Assembly: GCF_041146345.1 (NCBI RefSeq)
Contig: NW_027191404.1
Span: 2,046,001 to 2,110,000, forward strand
Direction: 5' to 3'
DNA: 64,000 bases
Origin: Neodothiora populina
Lineage: Eukaryota
A program made the position numbers and the translations under genes. This document shows, one piece after another, positions 12,136-25,594 of this stretch; the stretch's first letter is position 1; each line of letters begins with the position of its first letter. Below the pieces are notes generated by a model, which did not search any database, had not been told where the DNA came from, and worked only from the letters and a program-made list of their open reading frames with translations.

Positions 12136-13894
12136 ATGGGCAAACCAAAAGCATTGCTGAAGAAATCTCAAAAGCCTCCCAAGGGCAAACCACAAGTAGG
12201 ACTATGAACTATGTCAGACACTTGAAGTCTGTATGTTCTAACATTCGTACAGCCTCTGCAAACAGCAGACGAATTTCAAGACGGTAAGTCTTGACAGACA
12301 GGCATCCTTGGTCAACATGTAAGACCAAAGAAGAAGCCTGTTCCTATATATTGTCTATATAATGAAGGGTATTAATATTTCACTTCGGACTTGCAGCTGC
12401 GGACGCTGAAGAAGAAACCGGAGGCAAGTGGCGTGCAGGCGATCAAGCAAAGTCCTGCCGGGCATTCTTGAGGGCAATACAAATCTACGATGATGGTCTG
12501 AAGAAACATCCCAAGAACTTCGACCTCGCTTACAACAAGTAGGTAGTGAGAACAAATGCGACTTACAGTCACTTGCAAGACACTGACAGGAATCCAGAGC
12601 ACGTCTGGAATTCGACTTGACACAGCAAGCCACTCTTGTTCCCAAGCTGCCTATGCCGGTGATCGACCTACTCCAACAAGCTCTGATCTCTCATCGTTAT
12701 GCTCTAAGCCTCAATGAACAAAACGCCGATGTGCTGTTCAATACTGCTCAGGTCATGATCAGTATAGCTGAGATCGCTGTCGACAATGGCTCCCAACCAG
12801 ACGCAGCATTGCTTCTGCGTGAAGCGCTCGAGATCCTGAATGCCTGCCTTTCCAGACAGGAAATGCTACGAGAGGAACAACGAATGCGATTCACCGACGA
12901 GGCGAATGAAGGAGGCGTGCCTGTGGAGAATGGAGTCATGGGAGATGACGCAACCACAACCACCACCGGACCCAGCGAGGGCGGCGACGACTCGGCAGAA
13001 ACAGAAGAACAATATGTCACCATCCAGGCCGACATCACAGACGAAGACTTACTAGACACAGCCAGAGCATCCGTGACAGCACTAACCCTACTCGTCTCCC
13101 TGGAAGACGCCACTATAGTCTCAACGCTGGCCCAAATGGCCTACTCCCTGACCGACAAAAAGATCCCCCACTACCTGCAGCAACTCGAAGTCGAGCCCAC
13201 GACGAGATCCCAAATCGAATCAGAAGTCTCCCTCGAGCGCGCAGAGTTCATCGCCGCGCTCGCAAACGCAGAGTACAAATTCCACAGCATCAGCCTCGAG
13301 GACGTGCTCTCGCGCTTCCAAGTCTTCCAGCAATTCGACCTAGCAACAAACGTGCCAGCAATGTGCATCTGCGCCGACGCACTCGTCGAGTTCGCAAGCA
13401 CGAGCCAAACCTTTTCTTCGTCCTCGTCTTCGCACAACGAAACAATCCGCTGGACGCAGCTGACCAAAGCCCAAGACCTCTACAGCCGCGCCGTCAGAGT
13501 CGACAACCAAGACTCGCGCGACCGCAAAGCGCTGATCTACGAGTCGAGAGGCGACGTCGAACTCCTGCGCTTCAGACTCGCCGGTCCGTCTGGACTAGAA
13601 ACATCCTCGGGGCTCAGCGACGCAATCAGATCTAGCGCGCCCACGCTGGTAAAAAATGCTGGCGTCTACTATCGCGGCGCCGCGAATCTCTATCGCGCAG
13701 ATGGAGATGCGGACGCGGCGAGCAAAGCCGACATTCGAGGCCTTGTTTCTCGCGTCGTGGATGCTAAAGTTGGCGGTGGGCAAGGCGAGACGGAAGTGGC
13801 TGCGCTTAAGCAGAGAGGCGATGCTGCTGTTAATGTTGCTGTGGATATGTTGAGAGAGGGGCTCTTGTCGTCTGAGTGGGATTTGGGCGTATAG
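12136..13894 (+). CDS. Conserved hypothetical TPR-like helical repeat protein, 4 exons
   Basis: ATG 12136 MGKPKALLKK. Short exons (AADAEEETGGKWRAGD...FDLAYNK) are spliced to ORF 12617..13894 (NADVLFNTAQV). Confidence 0.75.
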
Positions 13895-14074
13895 AAGCCA
13901 CAGCACACTCGGGTTTCATCTTGCACTGGTAAAACAAGGACATGTCTTAGGATCTAGGAAGCCGTTGATGCGGCCATAACGCTACATATGATCACTTTTT
14001 ACATGTCCTCTCAATCTACTCTAATAAAGGTATCGCTACAAAAAGCTTGCTTTTTCCTTTTTGATTCAGGGATC

Positions 14075-16659
14075 TCATGTTTCAGCTTGACTGCGAATGT
14101 GCTCCTCCTCTTCCTCCTCTCCGCTCTCCTCCTCCGTGTCACTGCTACTCCGATAAGTGTCCCAAGGCTGCTTTGCTCCATTCGAATTCGGAGTGGTCTT
14201 CTCTTCCTCCTCTTCGTCGTCCAATTCGCCCTCCGACGCCGTGTCATCGGAAAAGACGCGCATCTGCCGCTCGAGCTCGACGATGACGCTGCTGCTGCGT
14301 CGACTGTCGGATTCGCTCCGTCGCAGCTCATACAACGCAGGTCTGACGGACTTGTTGGACGTCGGCGATTGCGTGCCGGAGTTCTGGCCTGATCCGAACC
14401 AGCCGCTGAAGCGCTTCTTGAAAGAGGGTGAGTCTGCTCCACGATCTGTATCAGATGGTGGATCGAAGACGAATCCCGGTCCTAGGTCTCTACCGGTGCT
14501 GCTGTTCTCTCCGACAGGCGGCGTGAGCAAGAGTGGCGGCGCGATGTGGCCTCCGTTCCGTTTCGCTTGTTCGAGCAGAGATTCGAGGTCTTCACTGCTG
14601 AGCATGCTGCGCAACTCGCTCTTCTCTAGTGATGGTGTCGGTAATGCGTTCGGATCGACTCTGGTGTTGCGTCGGGCTTCCTCGATCACCTTCTCGATCT
14701 TCATGCGGTTACTGATGAACTTGATCTTGGGCCATGCTGCCAGCTGGCCCACATGTATCATGTTGGCAAGTTTATCGATTGAAGGATCGGAAAGTATATT
14801 GGCGAAATCCGACGGGGTTGACTTGGGCCATATCGTGATAGTGCCTGCGATTTGTTAGTTGGCGGTATAAGCATGGTTGGCGATCATCTGTACAGACCTG
14901 AAAATCTTTGAAGCCAAATCTCACTCCAGTCTTGGCCGAGTGGGCGAGGTAGTAGCTCCAGATGTCGGAGGACCTTCAACCACTTTGTCAGGTCGAGCTT
15001 GAGGTACTGCTCGAGAGCCGATCCAAGAAAGCCTCCTCGCCAGCCTCTTCCGCGGCGATGCGTCACGGGCCGTCCGACGGAACCTCGTGAGGAGAAGAAG
15101 AAAAGATTGATGTGTGGGTTGACCTGACTGACAATGCTGAAATTGACATTGAAATGCAGATTCAACGCTTTGAGAGGTATGTCCGTCCGAAGTGATCCGT
15201 CTTTCCACTTGTGACCAAAGGAGTAAGGTTCTAGTCTTCCATCTTTGTTTTTGCGCATGAGTACGACAGGATTCAAGATGCCCGGGACGGCAGCTGAAGC
15301 GAGCACAGCAGACCAGATGACACAGTCTGGCGCAGTCATGTAATTGGCAAGAATGGTCGGTGAGTGAGGGTCAGATGGAACACAAGACACATTGAGCACC
15401 CGGCCAGTTCTTTGGTATGCTTCGAGGAAGGTCAGAGAGCCGTGACAGAACCAAGAGCAGCGCTTAGCCCAGTCAATTGAATCAAAGCGTGCCCCGGTCC
15501 GCCACCATCTGCGGAACCAAACGGTGAAGGGGTCACTACAAGCCTCGATCTTGGCCGCGAGGGCAGGGACGAGGAGCTGTTTCAGCTCGTCATTCGTGCG
15601 GGTACCAAGCAGCGAGGCGACAAGCGCACCGCCTGAGGTGCCCGTAATGATTGGAGGCAGCAGATCGGCATCCAGCAGGGCTTTTGCGATGCCAAAATGG
15701 TAATAAGCAAAGGTAGCACCACCCGAAAGACAGAGGGCAGTCCGACCGAAATTGGTACTCAACTGTTTCGACAGAGCGCGCTTGTCCTCTGTCGTAAGCT
15801 GATCGGAAGAGAACAGGGAGGTCAAGGAGGCAGAGACCTCGTCCACGAACTGCTGTACAAGATCTTTGGTTCCGTAGTAGGTTTCCGAATACAGACGCGG
15901 GTTCTCATAGCCGGCGAAGTTGTTCTTGACGCAAGCCTCGACCAGACCACGCAAGTCCTGCACAGCGGATTGATTGGTTGTCTGGCCGGATGCAAAGGCC
16001 TTCTCCTCGGCTTCCATCTTGCTCCTCAATGACTTCAAACGATTGACGACGCGGCGAATCGTCTTCGAGTCGTAGTATGCATACTCGTCCTTGTGCTTCC
16101 AGGAGTCGCTTCCTAGGTATGTATCAAGCTCTTTAGCAGCAGCAATCCAGTCCTCGTAGTTTGTCTGCTTACGCAGGCTGCTGCGGAGAAGCTCACGCTT
16201 GCCTCTCCACGTGACAAAATGCTCGTACATGTAAATGTACAGCCGTGTAAGGAGGTAAGAAATGCCCAAGGTGGCAAGCCAACCAATAACGAGAAGTAGC
16301 AAGGGCCACTTGAGCAAGTTGTATGTCCAGCCTTCTCTGGTCTCATCCTTACCGCGCCTGGGTGGAAGACGCTTCTTGTCCGAGCCTCGCAGTCTTGAAC
16401 GGCCCTTGACCTTTTGATGCACGGGACGCCAGTCATTGAGGGCGGTGATGAACTCACGCTGGGGCTGTTGAAGGTTTGGCAAGTTCTCCTCGGAAGGCGA
16501 GGTCAGGGAGTAATCCGGGGCAGACAATGCCTTGATGAATTCCTGGATATCATCGTCGCTCACAAACTCGGTATGCACGTCTGGCAACAATTCGGGATCC
16601 CAAGCGGCCGCATCATTGTACGGCGCTGGTCCATCGGTCTTCTTGGACACGTCGGCCAT
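14075..16659 (-). CDS. Patatin-like phospholipase / triacylglycerol lipase (TGL3/4/5 family), 2 exons
   Basis: LCLSGGA oxyanion motif, GTSGG nucleophile and WKDGS catalytic Asp. Intron 14845-14897 joins the acidic C-terminal ORF. Confidence 0.93.
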
Positions 16660-17636
16660 GCCGGCTTCATAGCTTCATGAGGCTGTACCCCTTGACAAAC
16701 AGCTGTGTCTTCTTTGGACAATTGGGCAACTGGAGTGGTGCAAAGGTACTATATACACCTTCCAGGATAGGTCGGCAATGGAGTTATTGGGGGGTCGGAG
16801 TCGGGCCCGCAGAACGACTTGTTGAAGGGATGTCAGAGAAGGGGGATGATGCGATAGAGTCGTGTGAATCAGGTCATATGTGAAGGTACTGGAAAGAGAC
16901 GACTGTCAGAGGGGGAAGTAACGACAGACACAGCCAAGTGTCGGTAGTGACGGTCAGGAAAGATGTGTAAGGTAGATTGTGACTTGCTGCTCATCTGTAC
17001 AAAGGTAAGGTATAGCACGACGTCATAGCCTGCCTTCTCCTTGTCGAAATTACCCTTACCTTAATCTGTATCTACTCAAGGGCTACTCTTGAATGCACTA
17101 ATTATAATGACTGTAGAGAGCACTAAAACACAATTGCCGCAGAGCGCAACACTGTACCTTCACCCACAGCTTTGGTCATAGGGATCGTAAGTTGCAGCGA
17201 CTGGTTTGGCACTTTGCTGTACCTACATACTTGTACAGGACAATGCATTATTACTGCACCTTACCAACGGCCTGCTGTAGTGCCTGCGCTAACTTCGAAC
17301 CCGCCCGGCACGTTTCGAGACAGCCAGAACGAGACGAAAGTCGCAGCTTCTGAATCACATGCAAGTTTGCAAACAGAAAGTTGTTCTTGCTATCTCAGGG
17401 TTTCCTTGATGATACACTACGCTTCTTAATGTGCTTCAGCTAAGGCAGTGCCTGTTTCAAGTTCTAAAATGCAAAATAAAGGTGTAACAGGTTCGTACAG
17501 CAAGATAATACAGTGCGCACAAGACCTTGCATTAGTTGCTCGTTCCACCTTTGGTTAGTCCTCCCTTCATCCTTGTTCTATCCCTCTTCTGTACGTCTTC
17601 AGCCTGGTACACGACAAAATTCAGACCAACGGTCGG

Positions 17637-19091
17637 ATGTTGCTGAAGCCGCAGCCTTTGCTTCACCGCAGTCATGGTTGGCATGTGAATGTGAGAAAGT
17701 CACTGCCTCAAGTGCTGCCAATTGCACCATGTGCCATTTCCACTCGTCGCAATCTGCTCACCCTGGCCATCGAGACATCATGCGACGACACATCGGTTGC
17801 TGTGCTGGAGAAACACACACGGCCTGTTGATATAAATGGCCCTCTGCCCTCGTCGCCATCATCGTCGCGGTGGTCTCCCGCTGCCACCCTCCACTTCCAC
17901 CAGAAAGTCACGGCCAACACCACCGCTTACAATGGCATTCATCCCATCATTGCTCTCGAGTCACACCAGGAGTCCCTTGCCGGCTTGGTACAGAAAGCTG
18001 TTCAATGCATTACCGCTTTGCCCCGCCCTCAGCCTCCCATTCCAGATTTTGTCTCCGTCACTCGTGGCCCTGGAATGCGATCCAACCTCTCCGTGGGTCT
18101 CGACACGGCCAAAGGTCTAGCTACTGCCTGGCAGGTTCCACTCTTGGGTATTCACCATATGCAGGCTCATGCTCTGACACCTCGTCTGATGTCAGCATTA
18201 AAGCCAACCTCTTCATCTCAAAATCACGACCCTGCTCCCTCGTTTCCCTTCCTGAGCATCCTGGTCTCCGGTGGTCACTCGATGCTCATCAACTCTACCT
18301 CTCTGACCGATCATCGCATACTTGCCACTACTGGTGATATCGCTTTGGGTGATTGCCTCGACAAAGCCGCTAGAGCTATACTACCATCTCCCCTTCTGCT
18401 GCCCCCGTACGGTCTTGCCCTCGAGCGTTTCGCTTTCCCCGGCGCCCCTGCCGACTATGAATATACCGCCCCCAAGAATAGAGAGAAAGAGCTTGAAAGA
18501 CGTATCACACAGTATGGATGGGGTCTTGGCCCTCCACTTGCAGAGAGCAAGGCTGGAAGCAGCAGTAGGAAAATGGTATATTCATTCTCTGGTCTATTGA
18601 GTAGCATTGAGCGCTTTGTCCGTTTCCAGCTTGACCCCAACACGGGGTCTTCGACTAAGATACTTCGTCCGAGCGACAGCCTCGACCTGGAAGAGCGCCG
18701 CGAAATGGCACGAGAGGTCATGCGTGTCGCCTTCGAGCACCTTGTCTCTAGAGTCCTCCTCTATCTCTCTTCACTTTCTGCACACGACGCAGCGAACATC
18801 AAGACGGTTGTCGTGTCTGGTGGTGTGGCAGCCAACTCTTACCTCCGTCATCTCTTGCGCTCCTTCCTCGATGTCAGAGGTTACAAACACATCGATCTCT
18901 GCTTCCCTCCCATGGAACTATGCACTGACAATGCTGCCATGATCGCCTGGGCCGGCATGGAGATGTGGGAAGCTGGCTGGAGGTCCGATTTTTCGATAAG
19001 GCCCATCAAATCGTGGAGTCTTGACCCCGCTGCGTCGGATGGAGGCATTGTCGGAGTGGACGGGTGGAAGCGATCATTCGCTCAGCCTTGA
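17637..19091 (+). CDS. QRI7: Mitochondrial tRNA N6-threonylcarbamoyltransferase (Kae1/TsaD family)
   Basis: LAIETSCDDT, VTRGPG, HHMQAH, LVSGGH, GDCLDKAAR, SGGVAAN and CTDNAAMIAW, with a basic presequence-like N-terminus. Single exon. Confidence 0.93.
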   Translation: MLLKPQPLLHRSHGWHVNVRKSLPQVLPIAPCAISTRRNLLTLAIETSCDDTSVAVLEKHTRPVDINGPLPSSPSSSRWSPAATLHFHQKVTANTTAYNGIHPIIALESHQESLAGLVQKAVQCITALPRPQPPIPDFVSVTRGPGMRSNLSVGLDTAKGLATAWQVPLLGIHHMQAHALTPRLMSALKPTSSSQNHDPAPSFPFLSILVSGGHSMLINSTSLTDHRILATTGDIALGDCLDKAARAILPSPLLLPPYGLALERFAFPGAPADYEYTAPKNREKELERRITQYGWGLGPPLAESKAGSSSRKMVYSFSGLLSSIERFVRFQLDPNTGSSTKILRPSDSLDLEERREMAREVMRVAFEHLVSRVLLYLSSLSAHDAANIKTVVVSGGVAANSYLRHLLRSFLDVRGYKHIDLCFPPMELCTDNAAMIAWAGMEMWEAGWRSDFSIRPIKSWSLDPAASDGGIVGVDGWKRSFAQP

Positions 19092-19168
19092 ATGGGTGAA
19101 GATGTACCGCCATCAATTCGTGACTACGGCTTCAGCAGACGCTTCGATTGGGATCATTGCCGCTCTTG

Positions 19169-19729
19169 TCATTGCTTGTTGGTCTTAAGTGCAGCAATTT
19201 GCGCGTCCAGATCTGCGAAAAAGCTCTGCGCGGTGGTCGGTTGATCTTGGTTCTTCCCGCCCGCGATGGCGTTTGACTCAGACGTGTCTGCTTGCGCGGG
19301 TGTGTAACTGGGTCCGCTCATGTCTGGCACTGGTCAGCATGACTTTCCTTCTCTGCATGGTCAAATCCGTGGCCAAGACTCACTCGAGCGCAAGAACCGT
19401 CGCACCTCGCCTGCGTTGAAGCCGTTGTATGGGGTGTGTTGTCTTTGACTTGGATCTGGAGATGCTGCTTTGCCAGCGCCGACATTGAGCTTCGGGCTTG
19501 CGTCTCTCGCATTACTACTGCCTTCCTTCACAGAGCCGGCCAGAGGTGACCCTTGATTGGCCTTGTTGCGTTGTCTCTCTCGCTCGGCTCTCTCAGCCCA
19601 TACACCTCCTGGCAGTGGACTTGCTGGCTTTGAAAACCCGGTGTGGTGGTTCGGCGAAATGTTGGCTGAACGCGACTGGTTGTTACGTGCGGTCGCTGTT
19701 GTTCGGGAGCTCTGCCACGCCCTATTCAT
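19169..19729 (-). CDS. Small hypothetical protein, 2 exons
   Basis: ORF 19361..19729 (…YNGFNAGEVRRFL). A GTGAGT…CTGAC…CAG intron at ~19325-19384 gives an in-frame exon 2 ending FFADLDAQIAALKTNKQ*. Confidence 0.65.
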
Positions 19730-20208
19730 GCTGGTCAGTCAAGGTTCGATTGTGGAACTACATACTCATGCATACTTTTGCTCAGGTGCTGCAGACATGT
19801 TTGGATCTGGATAGTTGATGCGATTGATTTTCCTGGGCCACAACTATTTATTTCATGATCCGGAAGTCGACAAAAGGTTAAGTGCATGATGCACTGGTGC
19901 GGCGCGATGCACAACGCACAGCATGCATGTATCCTCGAACTGCCCCACTGAGCAAAACTCACAAATTTCGTCACCTCTGCGACCAATATGACTCGTGTGC
20001 CTCTCTATATAGGCCGGTCATGAGTCATAGTCGTAGTTGATCTACCCAATTTGAACACTGGGAATGCAGTTGAATAACAGGCACTTCTGTATGCTGCTTG
20101 CTACTGAAGCAGGTGTGTACTCCATTCAAAGCTAGGGTCGCAATACCCTTGGCTTGCCAAACGGTCGTTGGCGAGCTCGTTGTATCAAAGTGCTTCCTAC
20201 ATCGCCGT

Positions 20209-21244
20209 TCAATCTAGCTTGGCCTTTCTCATATCAATTCCTTTGCTTATCAACGCCGCGACTTCTGCAGCTGTTCGACCTTCCACCTTTTGTCCCGTCC
20301 TCTCACTACCTAATTCAGTTCCGTCGGCGACAAGCTCATATGTCTTGCTGACAGCAGAAAAAATGTCTTCGTCGCCTGTAAACCCTCCATCTTCGGTGAA
20401 GGTGTCTCCGATCTCGGTCATCTCACCAACCCAGCGGTATGCCTTATGGGGCATTCCCGTAATACCCTTTTGGGCCAATGCCAAAGTCTTTGGACTGTAT
20501 TGTTCCAGGTGTTCTTGCAACTCTGGTAGTACTCCAAGTCGGTGTGCTGTGGTGAAGCTCTGGATGGTCAATGCCGTCAGTCCTTTGGTAAGAGAGGCAA
20601 AAGTCATCTTCAAACCGGATGCCGGTCCGATCTCGCCAGCAACGTGCTGTATGTTCAAGACCTTGGCCAGTTTCGCGCCACTCATCTCGGCTTCGGATAA
20701 CGGGTAAGGTCCAGAGACCGGTATGCTCGGTCGTACCCATGATACCATGTCGGACGTGGGTGGACCGCCTCCCTTGAACCGTGGTGGGCCGCCAATGATA
20801 CCGCCATCAGTGAACCGAACATGAGCCTCTTTGCTCTCGAATAGACCATCTATTTGGCGAGCAGTCTTCGGGGAGATGGCATTGAGATCTATGAAGTACA
20901 ATGGGATCTTTCGTGCCAGGAAAGCTGGACGAGCAGATGCTTTCACAATTCGCTCGGCAGTAGACACGGCATCGCGAGGAGGCACGATAGATAGGATGTA
21001 ATCTGCCTCATCTACAAGCTCTTCATCCGATGACACCACATTTATCGACGCCGATTTGGCACGGTCAAGCGTGCCCTGGCTGGTGTGACGTCTTAGTAGT
21101 CTCACAGTCTGTCGCTAGTCCGAGTAACACTTACCTCCTGCCAGCGATACTCGTGATTACTCTGTAATTGTTCGCCATCAATAACTTTGCGATGCCGAGG
21201 CCCATGTCGCCGATTGACAGTATAGCACAAGTTGCTGCAGACAT
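20209..21244 (-). CDS. NAD(P)-dependent beta-hydroxyacid/6-phosphogluconate dehydrogenase-like oxidoreductase (DUF1932-type C-terminus)
   Basis: Exon 1 MSAATCAILSIGDMGLGIA (Rossmann motif); exon 2 DLNAISP, DGGIIGGPP, ASGLKMTFASLTKG, KAYRWVGEM. Confidence 0.88.
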
Positions 21245-21595
21245 GACTAGTTGTTCTTGTATGATGTACGATAAGAGAAGCAAACGTGAGTATTAGTGTC
21301 TCGTTGTCGTTCCACTATTATAGTAGGGACTGATACTGCTCATCTGTATAACTTTTGTGGTTCAACGAGCTCGCGCGATCCATGTCGTACTGCTCAATAC
21401 CTGATGTTTATCAATTGATCCCACCCCGCACCTAAAATCGCTTACATCATCGCAACCCCTACAGCACTGCATCCGAATGATAACAGAAGAGCATGCTCCG
21501 ATAAAAATAACATACCTTAAGCAATATAGTGCTATATTCGCCCGTTACTCGAGATCACTAAATTGATACTATAGTGAACAAGGTTCAATCAAGGA

Positions 21596-22678
21596 ATGTT
21601 CATCCGGGCTTCCAACCGATCTCTGTTTGCTCAGAGCTTCCTTAACCATCGCAGTCAAACATCAATCCGCACCATGGCAACTATAAAGGCGTCTCTAAGC
21701 CACGAAGAGAGAACCTCCCAAGAGCCACGAGAGAACCGTCTTGAGGACGTGACACTCTCGCGTATCGAATCAGTGAACCAGACCATTCGCCTCCTGAGAC
21801 TTAGTTCCACCGATCCGAAACACGCATTCAGGGTACGAACTTGTTCATACAGAGAAGTAAAGGACAATTCGTGCATGTATATTGACAAACAAATGCCCGA
21901 CAGTATAGTTTCTTCCAGGGCAATGGCTTGACGTCTTCATTCCCGGTCTGAGCAAGGCCGGGGGGTTCACTGTCACGAGCACGCCGCGTGAGGGTCAGCC
22001 TACCTCCGAACGACCGGCTTACTTCGAGCTTGCCATTCAGAAGAGTGAGAACCCGCCGGCGAAGTGGTTGTGGCGACCTGAAGATGATATTCTGCATAAG
22101 CAATTGGTTGTCAGGGTTGGCGGTAGCTTTACCTGGCCTCCTCTCGATGTAGATTATACCGGCATCGAGTCTGTCTTGTTAGTTGCAGGCGGGGTAGGGA
22201 TCAAGTATGTGAAGGATAATTCTTCGTTGATAATCACCAGCTAATGATTTCATGTCAAAGTCCTCTGGTCTCGATATTCTCACATTTATTACAGCAGAGT
22301 CATCCACCAAGAACTCTCGAGTTCATCTACAGCACGAAGATTGAGGGCGGTCGTATAGACGGTTCTCATATACTCTTCTTAAAGAGAGTCATGGGATTAC
22401 TCAAGGAGGCAAGCAATTACAAAACTAACTTAGAGCTCTTCCTCACCGGTGCATCCAAGGACGAGATCTCCAAGGCTACAGGCCTGCCTTCGGATGTCCA
22501 CCTTGGACGCATCACGCCCAGTGACTTGGATAACGCTTTGGGACATGACATACAGCGCAGAACGAAGACTCTCGCCTATGTCTGTGGCCCGCCTCGTATG
22601 ACTGACGAAATTGTCTCTTACCTAGCAAGTCGGGAGGGAATGACGGGAGAGCGAGTACTCTGCGAGAAATGGTGGTGA
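21596..22678 (+). CDS. FNR-like FAD/NAD-binding oxidoreductase (OXNAD1-like), 3 exons
   Basis: FLPGQWLDV, AGGFTVTS, VRVGGSF, LVAGGVGI, YVCGPPRMTD and C-terminal CEKWW. Confidence 0.88.
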
Positions 22679-23441
22679 ACAGAGGCACATTAGCTATCCG
22701 ATCATCAGGATCGGCAGCCAAGTCCTCTGATTATTCGTCCTCAACACACACCACTTGCGCCTCACTCGTAATCTGTCTGAGTCCTCGGGTCTATGAACTT
22801 GTAGTATTATTATGTGCAGTATCAGCCGTGCCAAAATGTAAATGTAGCTCCGTAGTCCCGGCGTCCAACTGTAATAGGCAATTACTGCGAAAACGTCCGA
22901 CTGGAACATGGGGAAGCAAGCACATGATCCTCGGTCTCGGATCAAACAAGCTACCTCATTTCAACCTAAGGTAGGCACAAGTCTTGTAGCTTGCTATCCG
23001 CGTCCCTTTATTATGAACTTAATCAGCACCCTCTGCATTTCCCATAACTCATCGACCTTTTCCTGTTTCTAGAATCCACAGTCGAAATACATATAGTTGT
23101 AGAATACAGTGCGACAATATCCATCATATAGAAAGACAGCAAAGTAAGGTACATAACCCAATACACAACCCTAGCTCGACGACGCTCAAGACGAACTCGA
23201 CAGACCAAAAATCCCAGGGAAAGGACACCGACCCACCCACTCAACCATTTCCATCTATTCATCTGCAATCTACAGTACAATATTTGCAATAAATTGTTCT
23301 GCAATCTATCTATACAACACCTTCAATATCCAACGACGCCTCTTCACGCGAGTCCCACTAACACACATCCTCTTCATCCACTCACACGCACCCACGGAGT
23401 TTAGGCTCGTACTATACAGCTACACGGAGTAAAAATAAGAA

Positions 23442-25135
23442 ATGTCGATCAACACCACCACCACTACTACTACTACTACTACCACGTCCACAGAAGGGTG
23501 GCACACGGTCGCTGATGGCACGCAGCTGTATACCAAGACTTGGAAGGTGAGTTTTTATCTTTTATTGTATGCCATCTACCGAATAGGTCTCTTTTTCTTA
23601 TCCAGCTATAAATGCCTTTTGTTTCTTATTACTTTCGCGAAGAGACTATTTGCTCTTTGAGCTTGCATGAGGAACAAGAAAGAAACAAGAAAAGGAAAAA
23701 CAAACGTTGCCCTCAAGTTAGATTTATGCACGAGAGAGAGAAAACATCTATATCTATCATCATCTTCGTTTCATCGTCAATGGTTGTTGATCCGGACAAG
23801 ACGATGCCAATTCTAGCGTGACCATGCTAACAGAACAACAGCCAGCCACATCGACACCGGTAAAAGCTAGAGTGCTCTTCGTGCATGGATTTAGTGATCA
23901 CTGTACGTTTCTTTTCTTTATCTCCTTCTTCCCTCTGTTGCCTCTTTACTCGTTTTCATTTTCTCCGCTTGTTGCTTCTTCTATGTAGGATTGTTATTTG
24001 CTTTTCGGGGGATTGAAGTATCAGAAAAGTTAATGAGGCGACTGTAGTCCCTTGGCCCACCCTTTCTCGCTGAACTGACAATTCGGTGGTCCGATAGGCA
24101 ACAACTACGAGTACCTTTTTGTCAAATTCGCCGAGAATGGCATTGAGACATATTCATTTGACCAACGGTAAGCCTTTACACAAGAACATCCTACTACAAT
24201 AGGAGGTTGAACCAAGTCGGAGAATGTGGTTGTTCTTTGCTCTTGTTTTTCATTTCAGAAGGAAAAGTCCTTGTGATTTTGTATCAATATCTAACGTCAT
24301 GTTTCCTTCTCGTATAGTGGCTGGGGCCGTTCCGTCAAGAAGCCATCTGAACGCGGTCTGACGGGCCCGACAACGACGGTCATGGCGGACATAACTTCGA
24401 TGCTCGAAAGCGTCATCCCGTCGCCTGTGCCGCTGTTCCTCATGGGCCACAGTATGGGAGGAGCCGAGATCCTAGTCTACGCGGCTCAGGGACCTGCGAA
24501 GATCCTCTCGAACATTCGGGGTTTCATCTCATCTGCGCCTCTCATTGCTCTTCACCCTCACACGAGACCGTGGAGGTTCACTGTCGTGCTGGGCCGCTTG
24601 GCTGGGCGTCTGCTTCCAAGGCGGCAGATGGTCAATAAGCTGGATAGCGCAGCATTGACGCACGACGAGAAGCAGAACAAACTCTATGAAGAAGACACTC
24701 TGTGCCACGACACTGGTACGCTAGAGGGTCTGGCAGGCATGCTTGATCGAGCCGAAGCCTTGGACACTGGTAAGATTGTTCTGCACGATGGCGTCGGCGA
24801 GGGTGGTGTGACCAGGTTGTTGCTCGTCCACGGCACTGAGGACCGGGTCAACGATTTCGCCGCTTCCAAGGCATTTGTGGAACGATGTGATATCAAGGAT
24901 AAGACTTTGAAGCCATACGAAGGTCTATTCCATAACAGTGAGTCGTCGCCGCTCTAGCTTTTGTTCTTTCTGATTCCCCTTCACACCCTCTTTCCACGCT
25001 AGCATTTGTTGCTGTTGCTAACTGACACTTTCAGTGCATGCCGAGGCAGGGAACGACAAGACTATTTTTGCCGAAGATATCTCAAAGTGGATCCTGGGTC
25101 GTTCGGATCCCGCACCAGCGCAGGCCAGACTGTGA
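23442..25135 (+). CDS. Monoglyceride lipase / lysophospholipase (alpha/beta hydrolase, Yju3-like), 5 exons
   Basis: LYTKTW, FVHGFSDH, FDQRGWG, GHSMGG, VHGTEDRVN and YEGLFH. The last exon ends ARL* at 25135. Confidence 0.9.
23453..23485 (+). repeat. (ACC/ACT)n trinucleotide microsatellite encoding poly-Thr
   Basis: caccaccaccactactactactactactaccacg at the lipase N-terminus. Confidence 0.85.
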
Positions 25136-25594
25136 AGCGCGCATCGTTTTGACGCTTGACTCGGGACCATGAACCAGTATTAGCTAAAGAAAAAAAAGCT
25201 GTTACGAAGACGCCTCGTTTCCAATCACTTCACGTTCCGCGTTCGTGGTTCTGCTCTAGGAGGGTGCCGTGACACTTTTGGGTCCACGCCTGGTCCGATC
25301 CTGCTGTTCCTGTGTTCTTCGTTCGTCTTGCAAATTCGAGATCAGACGGCCTTTTGTGGCGCTGAACTGCAAGTAGCTACCAGAGCGTGGGATTAGAGCA
25401 TCTCCTTGATGATTGACTCGGACGGTGTACACTTTCGAGTTGGGCCGTGGGTTCTCGTCGTACGTAATTATTGCTTTGCTGCACGAAGTCGTCCCTTTGT
25501 TTTTGGGACACTTCGACTTAGAATGTTATTTTGCGGGCGTTACAGGCGTCATGATTACATTATTTTTGGAAGATATTCACGCGCTCAAAAGCTT

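Noticed and set aside
20209..20230. C-terminus …KAKLD* looks like a near-PTS1
   Set aside because: The terminal Asp abolishes the signal, and I saw no alternative splice or readthrough route to expose AKL.
23547..24317. Unusually long AT-rich introns in the lipase gene, checked for snoRNAs and stwintrons
   Set aside because: No paired C/D boxes with an rRNA guide and no split splice site found by eye.
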